From Malacoraja senta (Eukaryota), in the NCBI GenBank assembly GCA_038087875.1, contig CM075994.1, positions 9,364,001 to 9,428,000 on the forward strand: a stretch of DNA of 64,000 nucleotides, read 5' to 3'. Both the position numbers and the translations under genes were made by a program. The first letter of the stretch is position 1. Every line of letters begins with the position of its first letter. The notes beneath the pieces were generated by a model. The model made no database searches and had not been told where the DNA came from. It worked only from the letters and a program-made list of their open reading frames with translations. Positions 41,634 to 54,897 of this stretch are shown here, in pieces.

Positions 41634-44315
41634 TTTTTTTATTTATTTTTATTTTTATTTTATTAGAAGTACAATTGTATACAATCATATTTTCATAATA
41701 CATTTTATGTACAGCTTCTTATTTTTTTAATTTTTATAATAAAGAAGAAAAAGAAAAATAAGTTAGATAATGAAATATAGAAAAATGTGTGATATATAGT
41801 GTGTGGAAAAGAAAAATAGAGAGTGAAAAAAGAAAGTTAAAGAATAGAAAATAGGAAAAAGAGAATAAAAGAAGAAAAGGGAAGAAAAAGAAAAAAGAAA
41901 TAAGGAGATCTTATTTATAATCTTGACCATCCCTCGCCCAGTCACGAGTTAGCTTTTACAATTGTGTTGGACCATATGATTCCAAAAAGACGACAAATGG
42001 AGACCAACTCGTTGTGAATTGGTCAAATTTATCTATTAGGAGGAATCGCATTTCCTCAAGATGTGCGGTGTTCAACATACTTGCAATCCACATTTTGAGC
42101 GTTGGTATTGGTGTATTTTTCCAAAATTTCAATATTAATTTTGTTGCTATTATTAAACCATAATTAAAAAATATTTTTTGAGATGGATTCAATTTATTCC
42201 CATCTTCCATTACCCCAAATATAATCAATTCATTATTAGGTTCCATTTTTATCTTAAATAATTTTGTGAATATTTTGAAAATATCACTCCAAAATCTATA
42301 AAGTTTTATACAGGAAACAAAAGAGTGTGTTATAGTTGCATCTTGGATTAAACATTTATCGCAAGTGGGGGATATATTTGGGTAAAATTTATTTAATCTT
42401 GTTTTTGAGTAATATAATCTATGTAAATTTTGTAATTGAATTAGATTATGCCTTGCATTAATCGAACATTTGTGAATGTATGTCAAATACTTTTCCCATG
42501 TAACCTTTGTAATTTTTATCATTAATTCCCGTTCCCACTCTTCTCTAATTACCTCTGTCGCAGGTAAATCTATATTTAAAATACTATTATATAAATATGA
42601 TATTAATTTTTGTGTATCAGCTTTAATATTCATTACTTCTTCCAATAAATCAGGAATTATTTTTTGATATCCTTGTATGTATGTCTTCAAGAAATTGCAA
42701 ATCTGAAAATATTTAAAATAATGATTGTTTTTCAATTTACATTTTAATTGTAATTGTTGAAATGATAGTAAATCTCCCATTTCATACATGTCCCCGATCC
42801 TTTTAATTCCTAAACTTTCCCATTGATTATATATTTTGTCCATAAGAGATGGTTTAAATAAAGGATTATTTGCTATCGGTGTTAACAATGATAGGTTTCT
42901 TAATTTTAAGGATAATTTTATTTGTTTCCATATTCTTATTGTATCTTGTATAATTGGGTTCTTCTTATATATTGTATTGTTCATTTTTTTCGGGGAGAAG
43001 AGGATCGTTCCTATATTACAAGGGTAACAATCCTCTTTCTCCATTTTTATCCATTCTGTCTGTTGGGTTGAACTATCCAACCAGTAAATTATATTCTTAA
43101 TATGTATTGCCCAATAGTAATACAGAAAATTCGGGAGTGAAAGTCCCCCGACATCTTTTGGTTTACATAAGTGTTCTTTTTTAATTCTATGTGATTTATA
43201 GTCCCAAACAAAATTAGTAATATTAGAGTTTAATTTAGAAAAAAAATATTTTGGTACATATACTGGTATAGACTGAAATAGGTATAATAACTGTGGTAGA
43301 AAGATCATTTTTATAGCATTTATTCTACCTATTAATGATAAAGGAAGTGTTTTCCAAAATTTAATCATTATATTAAGTTTATTTATTAAAGGTATAAAAT
43401 TGGCATTGAATAAAGCTTTATGTTTTCTAGTAATCTGAATACCCAGATATTTAAATTTTTCTGTTGCTATTTTAAAGGGGAACTTCAGTAAGTGTGTGGA
43501 TTCTTGAGGTTTTAACGTCATGATTTCACTTTTGTTCCAATTTATTCTATATCCAGAAAAGGACCCAAATTCCTCTATTAAGTTTAATAAATTTGGTATG
43601 CTCGTTTGTGAGTTTGTTATATATAACAGAATATCGTCTGCACATAATGAAATTTTATTATTTGAGTCCCTAGTATTATAACCCTGAATATTCGGATGAC
43701 TTCTTATACTTTCAGCCAAAGGTTCTATCATAAGGGCAAATAGCAGGGGTGATAAAGCACATCCCTGCCTATTATCCCTTGATAATTGAAATTTTTGAGA
43801 TAACATACTATTAGTTAATATTCTTGCCATCGGTTTATCATATAATAATTTCACCCATGTAATAAAATTCTCTCCCATATTAAATTTTTGTAATACTTTG
43901 TATAAATACTGCCATTCTACCTGATCAAATGCTTTCTCTGCATCCAAAGAAATAATTGATATGTCTTCTTCCTCCACTTTATGTGAGTACATTATATTGA
44001 ACAGGCGTCTCAAATTATTAAATGAATATCTTTTGGGTATAAACCCCGTTTGATCAGGGTTTATCAATTTACTAATATATTTGCTTAATCTTCTAAAGTC
44101 TTTGCTAAAATTTTCTGATCTGTATTTAAAAGTGATATAGCTCTATATGAGCCCGGTTCCTCTAGATCTTTATCTTTCTTTGGAATAAGCGTGATAGTTG
44201 ATTCTGCTAATGTTTCAGGTAATTTATTTTCTTTAAAAGTGTGAGTATATAAATTAAATAAATAGGGAGTCGTTATCTCATGAAATTTTCTATAAAATTC
44301 ATTACTAAAACCATC
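41634..44315 (-). mobile_element. 5'-truncated L1 with an uninterrupted 703-aa RT/C-terminal frame
   Basis: ORF 41956-44067 (DQTGF, SLDAEKAFD, RQGCALSPLLF, CADD, CDKC...H...C); poly(A)-like tail at 41634; tggtcaactct duplicated at 41623-41633 and 44324-44334. Confidence 0.92.
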
Positions 44316-44601
44316 TGGTCTCATGGTCAACTCTGCGTGGTGCTCAGACGTGGCAGTCCTGTCCAACTCCTGGTCTCCACACCTCGAACATCTGGCGGTG
44401 AAGTGCTGTCCCTTCTACCTCCCAAGGGAGTTCACCTCCATCATCCTGACCGTGGCCTACATCCCACCCCAGGCAGACGTCCATCTGGCACTGGAGGAGC
44501 TGCACGCCGTGGTCAACAAACACCAGACGTCTTACCCTGAGGCATTCACCACCATAGCCGGGGACTTCAATAAAGCAAACCTGAAGAAATCGCTCCCTAA
44601 C

Positions 44602-44805
44602 TGTAGATGTGATATGCATGTGCCTTTAACATAGTGACCTCATACCTACTAACCACTCCCCATATCACAAGTATATCTACAACCTCCCCACCCACAGATC
44701 GCTCTCTAGTTCCTGTGACAGACCACGTACAGCTAGTGCAATGTGTAATGCTCCAGTATGAATAAAGATAGTAAAGTAACGATGCCTCGTTATACACTCT
44801 TTACA
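44602..44805 (+). mobile_element. Solo LTR (204 bp)
   Basis: TGTA...TACA ends, 5-bp TSD CTAAC (44597-44601, 44806-44810), AATAAA at 44761; interrupts the Rex1 frame. Confidence 0.85.
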
Positions 44806-47800
44806 CTAACTTCCACCAACATGTCTCCTGCTGCACCAGAGGACCAAACACCCTCAACTGCTGTTACACCACCATCAAGAATGCCTATCGTTCTATCCCT
44901 CGCCCTCACTTCGGTAAATCCGACCATACCGCGGTGCTGCTTCTTCCTGGCAGGCAGCAATTGAAGAGCGCACCCCCGAGGTGAGGACTGCACATAGCTG
45001 GTCGGTGGAGGGGGATGGGCAGAGGAACAACTACAGGATTGTTTGGAGTCTGTAGACTGGGCAATGTTCAGGGAGTCGGCAACGGACTTGAACGAATACG
45101 CCACAGTCGTTACAGACTTCATAAAGAAATGTGTGGAGGACTGCATCCAAACAAAATCCTTCCGAGTGTTTCCCAACCAGAAGCCTTGGATGAACTATGA
45201 GATCCGCACTGTTCTGAAGACCAGACACCGGGCATTCATGTCTGATGATGCAATGGTCTACAAGAAGTCCAGATACGACCTTGGTAAGGCCATCAATAAG
45301 GCCAAAAGGGACTTCTGCTCCAAGCTGGAGGATGAGACAGATGTTCGGCAGCTGTGGTAGGGCCTGAATGCAATCAACTCCTAAAAGGCGAGATCAGGAG
45401 GCAGCTCGAATGTCGGCGAAACATCACTCCCTGATGAGCTCAATGCGTTTTAAGCATGCTTTGAAAGGGAAAATATTGATGTGCCTTCTCGAGGCCCCAT
45501 TCGCTGTGATGGTATTTCAGTCACAGTCACAGAGGCCGACGTCAGAAAATCCTTCAGAGGGGTGAACCCTCGAAAAGCGCCTGGATCTGATGGTATACCT
45601 AGTCGTGCTCTAAAAACCTGTGCGGACCAACTGGCTGGAGTTTTTACGGACATTTTCAACCTCTCACTTATGAGGTCTGAGTTTCCCACCTGCTTTAAAA
45701 GGGCATCAATTATACCAGTGCCCAAGAAGAGCAAGGTGATGTGCCTCAATGACTATCGACCAGCAGCACTAACGTCTGTGGTGATGAAGTGCTTTGAGAG
45801 GTTGATCATGGCGCAAATCAACTCCTACCTCGACAAAAACCTGGACCCTCTGCAGTTCGCTTACCGCCCCAACAGGTGGATGCGATCACGCTGGCTCTCC
45901 ACTCCGCTCTGGACCACTTTGACAACAAAAACTCATATGTCAGGCTTTTATTCATTGATTACAGCTTGGCATTTAATACAATCATCTCCTCCAAGCTGGT
46001 TACCAAACTCGCAGAACTGGGTCTCTGCGCATCCCTCTGCAATTGGATCCTCGACTTACTCATTCACAGACGACAGTCAGTTCATATTGGTGGAAATGTG
46101 TCAGCCTCAATAACAATCAGCACGGGAGCACCTCAAGGCTGCGTGCTTAGCCCCCTGCTGTACTCACTCTATACTCATGACTGCGTAGCCGGTCATAGTG
46201 CGAACTCCATCATCAAGTACGCTGATGACACCACTGTTGTGGGACGTATCACTAAACGGGACGAGTCAGAGTACAGAACAGGGATCGAGCAATTGTCCGG
46301 GCCCTCAACACCAGCAAAACGAAGGAACTGATTGTGGACTTTGGAAGGGGGAGGATGGGGACCCACAGTCCCGTTTATATCAACGGGTCGATGGTTGAAA
46401 GGGTCAAGAGCTTCAAATTCCTGGGCGTCACATCTCTGAAGATCTTTCCTGGTCCAAGAACACTGATGCAATCATAAAGAAAGCTCATCAGCACCCCTAC
46501 TTCCTGAGAAGATTACGGAGAGTCGGTTTGTCAAGGAGGACTCTCTCTAACTTCTACAGGTGCACAGTAGAGAGCATGCTGACCGGTTGCATCGTGGCTT
46601 GGTTCGGAAACTTGAGCGTCCAGGAGCGAAAAAGACTACAACAAGTAGAAAATACTGCCCAATCCATCATCGGCTCTGACCTCCCTTCCATCGAGGGGAT
46701 CTATCACAGTCGCTGCCTCAAAAAGGCTGGCAGCATCATCAAGGACCCACACCATCCTGGCCACACACTCAACTCCCCGCTGCCTTCAGGTGGAATGTAC
46801 AGGAGCTTGAAGACTGCAACGACCAGGTTCAGGAATAGCTGCTTCCCCACAGCCATCAGGCTATTAAACTCGGATCGAACAAAATTCTGAACATTAATAG
46901 CCCATTATCTGTTTATTTACACTTTATCAGTTTATTTATTCATGTGTATATATTTATACAATGGTATATGGACACACTGATCTGTTCTGTATTCATGCCT
47001 ACTATGTTCTGTTGTGCTAAAGCAAAGCAAGAATTTCATTGTCCTATCAGGGACACATGACAATAAAACTCTCTCTTGAACAATCTTGAACTGTGAGGAG
47101 GATGCTATGAGGATGCAGGGTGAGTTGGACAGGTTGGGTGAGTGGGCAGATGCATGGCAAATGCAGTTTAATGTGGATAAATGCTATGAGGATGCAGGGT
47201 GACCTGGACAGGTTGGGTGAGTGGGCAGATGCATGGCAGATGCAGTTTAATGTGGACAAATGTGAGGTTATCCACTTTGGTGGCAAAAACAGGAAGGCAG
47301 ATTATTAACTAAATGGTGTCAAATTAGGAAAAGACGAAGTACAACGGGATCTGGGAGTCCTTGTTCATCAGTCACTGAAAGTTTTTTAATAATTGAATAC
47401 ATTTTTTGATTTAAAAAAAAGAGTGAATAAAAGAAAGCAAATGGCATGTTGGCCTTCATAACACGAGGAGTTGAGTATAGGAGCAAAGAGGTCCTCCTGC
47501 AGTTGTACAGGGCTCTAGTGAGACCACACTGGAGTATTGTGTGCAGTTTTGGTCTCCAAACTTGAGGAAGGATATTCTTGCTATTGAGGGAGTGCAGCGT
47601 AGGTTTACAAGGTTAATTCCCGGGATGGCGGGACTGTCATATGCTGAGAGATTGGAGCGGCTGGGCTTGTATTCTCTGGAATTTAGACAGATGAGAGGGG
47701 ATCTTATTGAAACATATAAGATTATTAATGGTTTGGACACGCTAGAAGCAGGAAACATGTTCCCAATGTTGGGGAAGTCTAGAACTAGGGGCCATACAGT

Positions 47801-48130
47801 TTAAGAATAAGTGGTAAGCCATTTAGAACGGAGATGAGGAAAAACCTTTTCACACAGAGAGTTGTGTGTGTGTGGAATTCTCTGCCTCAGAGGGCGGTGG
47901 AGGCTGGTTCTAGGGTTTTTTTTTTAATAAAAAATGTATTAGAAGCAAATGTACAAAAATAGAACCTACAGCATATAAAATTATACAGATATTGCACAGC
48001 TTCAATTTTAACTTTTTTGCATTGAATTAGGAGAAAAGAAAGGAGAAAAAGCAAGAAAGAGAAAAAGTGAGATGTGCAAAGATAGAATCCCTAGACTACC
48101 AAAGTAGTGTCGCCAAAGGGTGAATAAAAG

Positions 48131-48327
48131 GGCACCCTGAGGGAGTTCCGGGACCGCTGGACTCCGCAGGGTGTTGAATGTATCCTCAATAAGGATTGTA
48201 TCATAGTTGTATAGTAGGTTATTATGGATATATGTTTGTATTGTATCATGGTGGTGGGTTCTGGCTTATTTTATTGTATTGTAATTATTATTTTTTAATA
48301 ATTGAATAAATGTTTTGATAAAAAAAA
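48131..48327 (+). mobile_element. Short poly(A)-tailed LINE 3' fragment (Tx1-like, tentative)
   Basis: Flanked by gtgaataaaag at 48120-48130 and 48330-48340; AATAAA plus A-tail. Confidence 0.5.
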
Positions 48328-48509
48328 GAGTGAATAAAAGAAAGAAAAAAGAGAGGAATTTAAAAAAAAAATTGTGTGTGTGTGGAATTCTCTGCCTCAG
48401 AGGGCGGTGGGGGCCGGTTGTCTGGATGCTTTCAAAGAGTTAGATAGAGCTCTTAGGGATAGCTGGGTTAACTGGGATATGGAGAGAAGGCAGGAACGGG
48501 GTACTGATT

Positions 48510-49167
48510 AGATACATAGATACATAGAAAATAGGTGCAGGAGTAGGCCATTCGGCCCTTCGAGCCTGCACCGCCATTCAATATGATCATGGCTGATCAT
48601 CCAACTCAGTATCCCGTACCTGCCCTCTCTCCATACCCCCTGATCCCCTTAGCCAAAAGGGCCACATCTAACTCCCTCTTAAATATAGCCAATGAACTGG
48701 CCTCAACTACCCTCTGTGGCAGAGAGTTCCAGAGATTCACCACTCTCTGTTTGAAAAAGTTTTTCCTCATCTCGGTCTTAAAGGATTTCCCCCTTATCCT
48801 TAAGCTGTGACCCCTTGTCCTGGACTTCCCCAACATCGGGAACAATCTTCCTGCATCTAGCCTGTCCAACCCCATAAGAATTTTGTACGTTTCTATAAGA
48901 TCCCCTCTCAATCTCCTAAATTCTAGCGAGTATAAGCCAAGTCTATCCAGTCTTTCTTCATATGAAAGTCCTGACATCCCAGGAATCAGTCTGGTGAACC
49001 TTCTCTGCATTCCCTCTATGGCTATAATGTCCTTCCTCAGATTTGGAGACCAAAACTGTACGCAATACTCCAGGTGTGGTCTCACCAAGACCCTGTACAA
49101 CTGCAGTAGAACCTCCCTGCTCCTATACTCAAATCCTCTTGCTATGAAGGCCAACATACCATTCGCT
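48510..49167 (-). mobile_element. CR1 3' fragment inserted in another CR1 tail
   Basis: ORF 48606-49184; host tail split at actgatt|gtgggtgatcagcc. Confidence 0.9.
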
Positions 49168-50267
49168 TGTGGGTGATCAGCCATGATCGCATTGAATGGC
49201 GGTGCTGGCTCGAAGGGCCGGATGGCCTACTCCTGCACCTTTTGTCTATTGCCTATTGTCCATTGAATGACTCCGTGAGATGTGAGTGTGTCTTTTTTAT
49301 GCAGAGGCTGGTGAGTGCCTGGATCATGGAGGTGGAAACAGGTACCACAGTGGTATTTAAATGACGTTTAGCTGGGCGTACATCTGCATACCACTGAGCT
49401 CTTGGCCCATCTCCACGTACGTGACATTTATCCCGCAGCTCTTACCCAGTCTTGAAATGGGAAAAATGAAAGGTGTGTCCTGGAAATTGTTGAGTGAATT
49501 TAAGATACACTCCGTTCCCTATCGATGTGTTACTAATGCAGAATTGTCCCACCTGTTGAGCACATTTTCCGGGAATAACCGTGACCTTGCCGAATTGCTC
49601 GGAGGGATGGAATGTCGAGCTTCATTGGGTGCAAGCACGTGCCGTGACTAATCACTCAGGGTCGGCAGCCAGTCGGCTTTTTATAAAGTCTGCAAAAGCC
49701 ATATCTCTTAATAAAGTACCCTATTTCTCACGCTCAAAAAAATAAAAAAATTTAAATCAAGAAAAGTAACAATTCAATTTGCCCAAGGCTTCAAGGTCTC
49801 TTTCATTCTGAATGACTGAATGGGTGGGGGGTGGAGGGTGGAGGGTGACGGCAGGTGGGAAAAACGGGAGCACACCGGGGACAACTTGAATCAGTTGTGA
49901 TCTTATAGGGAGGTTGCACGGCAGTTGAGGTCACCACCCGTGACCCGTACTGTTGCAACGCAACGCCTTCTGGAGTACATGCGATGAACTGCACCCATTC
50001 ACTATGGCTGCCAGCACAGCGGGCCCTTCTTCTGGCCCAGCACCCGGACCATCCCCGCGGCCATGGGTGGGGGTGGGGCGGGGGGACGGGGGGGAGGAGG
50101 TCGGAGGGTGGGGGGAGAGGAGGTCGGGGGGGGCAAGAGGTCGTGGGGAAGGGGGGAAGGAGGTCGGGGGGAAGGAAGAGGTCAGGGGGTAGGGAATGGG
50201 GAGGTCGGGCCCCGCTCTATTTGGAATAGCATTTTCATTCCAAAGGCAAAGCAAACCAAAGATGAGA

Positions 50268-50503
50268 AAAACATTTTTCACACAGAGAGTGGTGAATCTG
50301 TGGAATTCTCTGCCACAGAAGGTAGTTGAGGCCAGTTCATTGGCTATACTTGAGGGAGTTAGATGTGGCCCTTGTGGCTAAAGGGATCAGGGGGTATGGA
50401 GAGAGGGCAGGTACAGGATACCGAGTTGGATGATCAGCCATGATCATATTGAATGGCGGTGCAGGCTCGAAGGGCCGAATGGCCTACTCCTGCACCTATT
50501 TTC
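50268..50503 (+). mobile_element. CR1 3' end fragment
   Basis: MRKTFFTQRVVNLWNSLP and conserved tail. Confidence 0.88.
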
Positions 50504-50870
50504 TAGGTTTCTACCCGGTCCCGTGTGTGGGCACTGCCGACCCACAGCCCCTGACAATGCGGCCCACAGGGGGAGACGGGGCGGAGGGCGGCCGTGGCCG
50601 GACAGCGCTGATCCCGGGGGGATAGTGGTGGCTGTCCCGAGGGATGCGCTCCTTCGGCCGATTACATCTTGGTGCTCGGGTTCAGAGCAAAGATACTAGA
50701 GTATTTGGTTCTGAGCGCTCAGTCACCCAAAAAAATAACCCCACAATATTGCAATCAAATTGCTCTGAGTTTGAGCTCGCTTTATATAGCAAAGGCTTAT
50801 CGAGATGGTACTGTCTGGACACGACAATGAATGCGGCTATTAGTCGCAGATTGTAAAAGACGCTACACCA

Positions 50871-51038
50871 TAATTATTTACAGCGCAAAAAATTACCATT
50901 TCGGCGGTTTTTAACAGGTAAGAAAGTACGTGTTTCGTGTATTAACTTTGTATGCTGAGGCTGCCATGTACTCCAGAAGGATTGAGCTGCTCCGTGCGTC
51001 ACGCCCTTTGACCCGATGACCTTACGTGCAACCCCCTA
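50871..51038 (-). mobile_element. Terminus and THAP start of the same DNA transposon, with no Helitron context seen
   Basis: Colinear with 10222-10390; ends AT|AGGGGGTTGC on the minus strand; ATG at 50899 reads MVIFCAVNN. Confidence 0.7.
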
Positions 51039-51072
51039 TTGAATGACAATACTAGTTCAAGGGACCAATTGC

Positions 51073-51586
51073 GGGGAGAGTTCCTTTCACAGCGTGTGTG
51101 CAGTCTGGCCCGGGGTAAAGTTGCGGGGAGGGCAGGAGCGTTGAGAAGGAGGGGGTCGGGGATCATGCCAGTAACCCACTCACTCACCGCTGCCGCGGCC
51201 CGGAGCCACCACATTGTGGCCGGGGAAGGAAGTAGCTCGGGAGGCTGCGAGCGGCCGCTGGGACCTCAGTTCTTTCTGCCGGCCTGCTCACCTCTGGCAG
51301 TGTTCGCCGTCTGAACAACTCTCTCCTGCCGCTCGCCGGCCTCGCTCATGTCAGCTGCTTCCCGATCTGCTCAAGAGCAAAGATCATAGAGCGGAGAAGG
51401 TCAAAGGGCGATGGATAACAGGACAGCGAGCGGTGGAGCTTGCTGTCCTGTTAACCATCGCCCGCTGACCCACTCTTGAGCTGGTTGCTGGCATGATCGC
51501 CGACCCCCTCCTTCTCAAAGCTCCTGCCCTCCCCATAACTTTACCCCTGGCCAGACTCCCCACATGCTGTGAAAGGAACTCTACCC
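51073..51586. repeat. Foldback structure with ~105-bp inverted arms
   Basis: 51073-51178 is the imperfect reverse complement of 51482-51586. Confidence 0.8.
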
Positions 51587-51714
51587 CCCCCCCCCCCCAG
51601 CGGCGCTGTCCTTTTACAGCCGCTTCCCACTTTACAGCCGCTTCCCATCAGCATTCTTGATGTTGCTGTACTGTGTGATAGCCAAGTCAATCTTTCTTGG
51701 CTAACAACCTTTGG

Positions 51715-51788
51715 CCTCCAAGACGCATGTAAATTTTCGTGCCTTATTTTGGGGTAAAATTGGCATCTTCATTGCCGGGAAATACGGT
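51715..51788. mobile_element. Tc1/mariner pogo-like terminal sequence
   Basis: Ends ...ccgggaaatacgg|ta, resembling the CCGTATTT terminus plus TA target; partner end not seen. Confidence 0.4.
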
Positions 51789-52057
51789 ATTTAAAAACAT
51801 ATAGCTCAAAGAAATCTACTTACCACATTATTCGTACACGAACTCCATTCTTCTCTCTTTGTTTCTTAAGATAATGGCAATCGATGTTTGAAAAACCCGC
51901 CAGCGCAGTACGCAGTGCATGGTGCAAAGGCAGAATTTCAGTTGTCTTCAGCTCCCCTTGTCATTGAAGGCTTGAAGCAGTGTCGACGGTATGCCAGCTG
52001 CACACACTTTCACGTATTACATGTACTGCGCATGAACTGACCGCGCCAAAAACTGAC

Positions 52058-53960
52058 GGTCTGGTGCACTAACAATAACCTGGTACTCAACCCAACCAAA
52101 ACAAAAGAACTGGTGATTGATTTCAGGAGGAGGAGAGAGGAACCTGCTCCTCTCTACTAGGTATGTTACAATACTTACCTTCAATGGCGCTGTAATTCTG
52201 CCACTGGCCGTGTGCGCGATTTTGGCGCCTTTAAGGGGGGGGGGGTTTAAAACGCGTGTTTCTCCAACCTTGTCCTGAATTATATTTCGTTGGAGTACAA
52301 GCGTTTGCTGAAAAATCTTTCCTAGGGGCGTTTTGTGAATTTTTTATTTTTATTAAATCGTCAATGTCAGCCCTGGAGTCATTTTGAAATCAGCTCCTGA
52401 AGCCGTCAACGCCGATAACGGGGACGGATTTCACGTACGGGACAGGTAAATGAAAGTTGTTTCTTTTAATGTATAAAAGTGCTTCTTAAGAAGCCTTTAA
52501 TTCACATTTATTCATGCGAAACGGTGATTTTATTCCCCGAACTAACGGCAGTATTTTTCATGCCGATACAGGGTTAAATTCACCGCAAATGAACGTTCCA
52601 AAAGATCGCATTCCAGAAATCCTCAATCACAAGATGATTTAAATGCGCATTAATTTACAGGTATTAAACATTCAATTCCTTCCATTTGGCCTGTAAATTC
52701 ATGACAATGAGATTTAAAAATTATGTTATATTGTGAATTCTTGTGTGAATGTTATTTGGACACTTAGGCTATTTAAAAATGTTAATCTATTCTTAAGAAA
52801 TTGATAGATGTTTAGATCTAGTAATTGAATTTTGTAATTAGCTACAATTAGGTAACTAACTAATTATATGCTTTAATTTCATGTCATCTAAGTAAGATTG
52901 TTTCATATTTGTTTCAGAATGCTTCAATCTATAATAACTGAACATTTATTTCAGTTCTCTTAATTTTTAAGAAAGTTATGGGCTTTTGACTGTCCTCGAT
53001 CACAGCTTTTGTGTTAAGTCAATGGGAAAGCAATCGGGAACAAGATGCTAATTTCCGAGTATGAAAATGGCCATAATTTTTTTAATACTGAACATATGAA
53101 AGTGAATTAGGTGTCAAATTAAACTTCTTTTTATGCTTTATCTGATGGGATAAATTGCAGATTTTATTTTTTAAATCTCAAAATTTTGTAACGTTGCTAT
53201 CTCTACATCAAAGGAGACATGGTGGAGAGAGTCCCCGACTTTAAGTTCCTGGGTACATACATCTCCCAGAACCTCACATGGACAGTGAACACCATCACCC
53301 TCGTGAAGAAGTCACAGCAGCGGCTATATTTCCCGAGGTCTCTGCGGAGAGCAAACGTTCCACAGCAGAGACCTCAGCAGAGACCCCAGGGTGGAAAGCA
53401 TCCTCTCCTATGGCATCCTGGTGTGGTTTGCTAGCTGCACTGTGGCTGAAAGGAAGGCACTACAGAGAGTTATTAAAACAGCACAGAGCATCACAAACGC
53501 TCAGCTACCCTCCCTGGATGACATTTGCAGGGCCCGATGTTTACGCCGGGCCACAAACATCAAACAGGACTCATCCCACCCTGCCAACCACCTTTTCACT
53601 CTACTGCCCTCTGGGAGGCGATACAGGTCTCTGAAGGCCTGCACTTGTAGACGAATTAACATTTCTACCCACGTGCCACTAAAGAACTAAACTCAAGTGG
53701 ATAACACTGCTGGCAACACAACACTATGCGTGGGGTTATATAATGCGCAATATTTTTTTTAATATTTCTATTATCTATTTATTAATATAAATTTATTAAT
53801 TTCATTTACTGATCTTGCCGGTATATGAGAGTCAATGGTTGTTTGTGTTTTTGTTCTTTTAATCTTTATCATGCGTCTTCTATGTATACCACTGAAGGAG
53901 ATGCAATGGAATTTCGTTGTACAGTTGTTGTGCAATGACAATAAATGTATTTGATTGATC
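52058..53960 (+). mobile_element. Rex1/Babar-type 3' fragment interrupted by a DNA transposon
   Basis: NNLVLNPTKTKELVIDFRR, then VERVPDFKFLG, ESILSYGILVW, LLPSGRRYRS; tail aatgacaataaa..ttgattga. Confidence 0.8.
52158..53199. mobile_element. Non-autonomous hAT-like DNA transposon (1042 bp)
   Basis: Imperfect TIRs taggtatgttacaata / ttttgtaacgttgcta; tctctac duplicated at 52151-52157 and 53200-53206 (7 bp visible; hAT normally gives 8). Confidence 0.7.
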
Positions 53961-54443
53961 GATTTGAAAGGCACTAAGAATTATGCTACCTAAGGGATCG
54001 ATCTCTGAGGTAGGTATAATTCTCCCGTGCCTTTACTATTTATTTAATATTTACCATTTCATAATTTTAGTCGGGGTAGGCAGTGCCTACCTTGCCTACC
54101 CTGATGGCACGTGCCTTTTCCGGGGTTGGTTCCATTCTGTCAGGGCACACAGTTGGGAGCCGGGTCCGGGTGACCGGGCGGTGATAAGGATGAGAATTTG
54201 CAGCCATTTGAACCGCAGCCAAACTAGAGGCTTCACCCAGGAGCGGGTCGCAGCTCCCCAGCTGACGGGACCTGTTCTCGCTCTCATTGAAGGAGGCGCC
54301 GCCCGCCCCAGCGAGTGGACAAACGCGGAGCCAACACGTGATATGAGTGGGAGCATTTTCTCAGTCAGACTTTGTCGACCGTTGGGGTGGGGGATCTGGG
54401 AGAGAGAGAGAGAGCTGGCAATACCGCACAGACGGAACAGCTT

Positions 54444-54893
54444 AGACAATAGACAATAGACAATAGGCGCAGGAGTAGCCAGCGTCCTTCGAGCCAGCAC
54501 CGCCATTCAATGTGATCATGGCTGATCATTCCCAATCATTACCCCATCCCTGCCTTCTCCCCATATCCCCTGACTCCGCTATCTTTAAGAGCCCTATCTA
54601 GCTCTCTCTTGAAAGTATCCAGAGAACCGGCCTCCACCGCCCTCTGAGGCAGAGAATTCCACAGAATCACAACTCTCTGGGAGAAAAAGTGTTTCCTTGC
54701 ATCCGTTCTAAATGGCTTACCCCTTATTGTTAAACTGTGGCCCCTGGTTCTGGACTCCCCCAACATCGGGAACATGTTTCCTGCCTAGAGAGCATGTCCA
54801 AACCCTTAATAATCTAATGTTTCAATAAGATCCCCTCTCATCATTCAAAATTCCAGACAATACAAGCCCAGCGGCTCCATTCTCTCAGCATAT
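54444..54893 (-). mobile_element. CR1 3' fragment, (agacaat)n-tail subfamily
   Basis: ORF 54539-54775 and tail repeats at 54444-54465. Confidence 0.88.
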
Positions 54894-54897
54894 GGTA

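Larger units (their letters stand above)
41430..47082 (+). mobile_element. Rex1/Babar-type LINE, mutated, with nested L1 and solo LTR
   Basis: [64 protein letters not shown]; tail atgacaataaa...ttgaa. Confidence 0.9.
47088..49262 (+). mobile_element. Rearranged CR1 3' part with nested insertions
   Basis: CR1 RT-end fragments at 47088-47910 and 48372-48508, tail at 49168-49262; tandem duplication of tgctatgaggatgcagggtga... at 47103 and 47182. Confidence 0.8.

Noticed and set aside
49270..50260. Non-repetitive-looking stretch searched for further Ly6 or other exons (also 60820-61330)
   Set aside because: No convincing splice-bounded coding exon or cysteine pattern found; left unannotated.
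53983..54506. 158-aa and 136-aa ORFs
   Set aside because: No domain or splice support, and they run into a CR1 tail.
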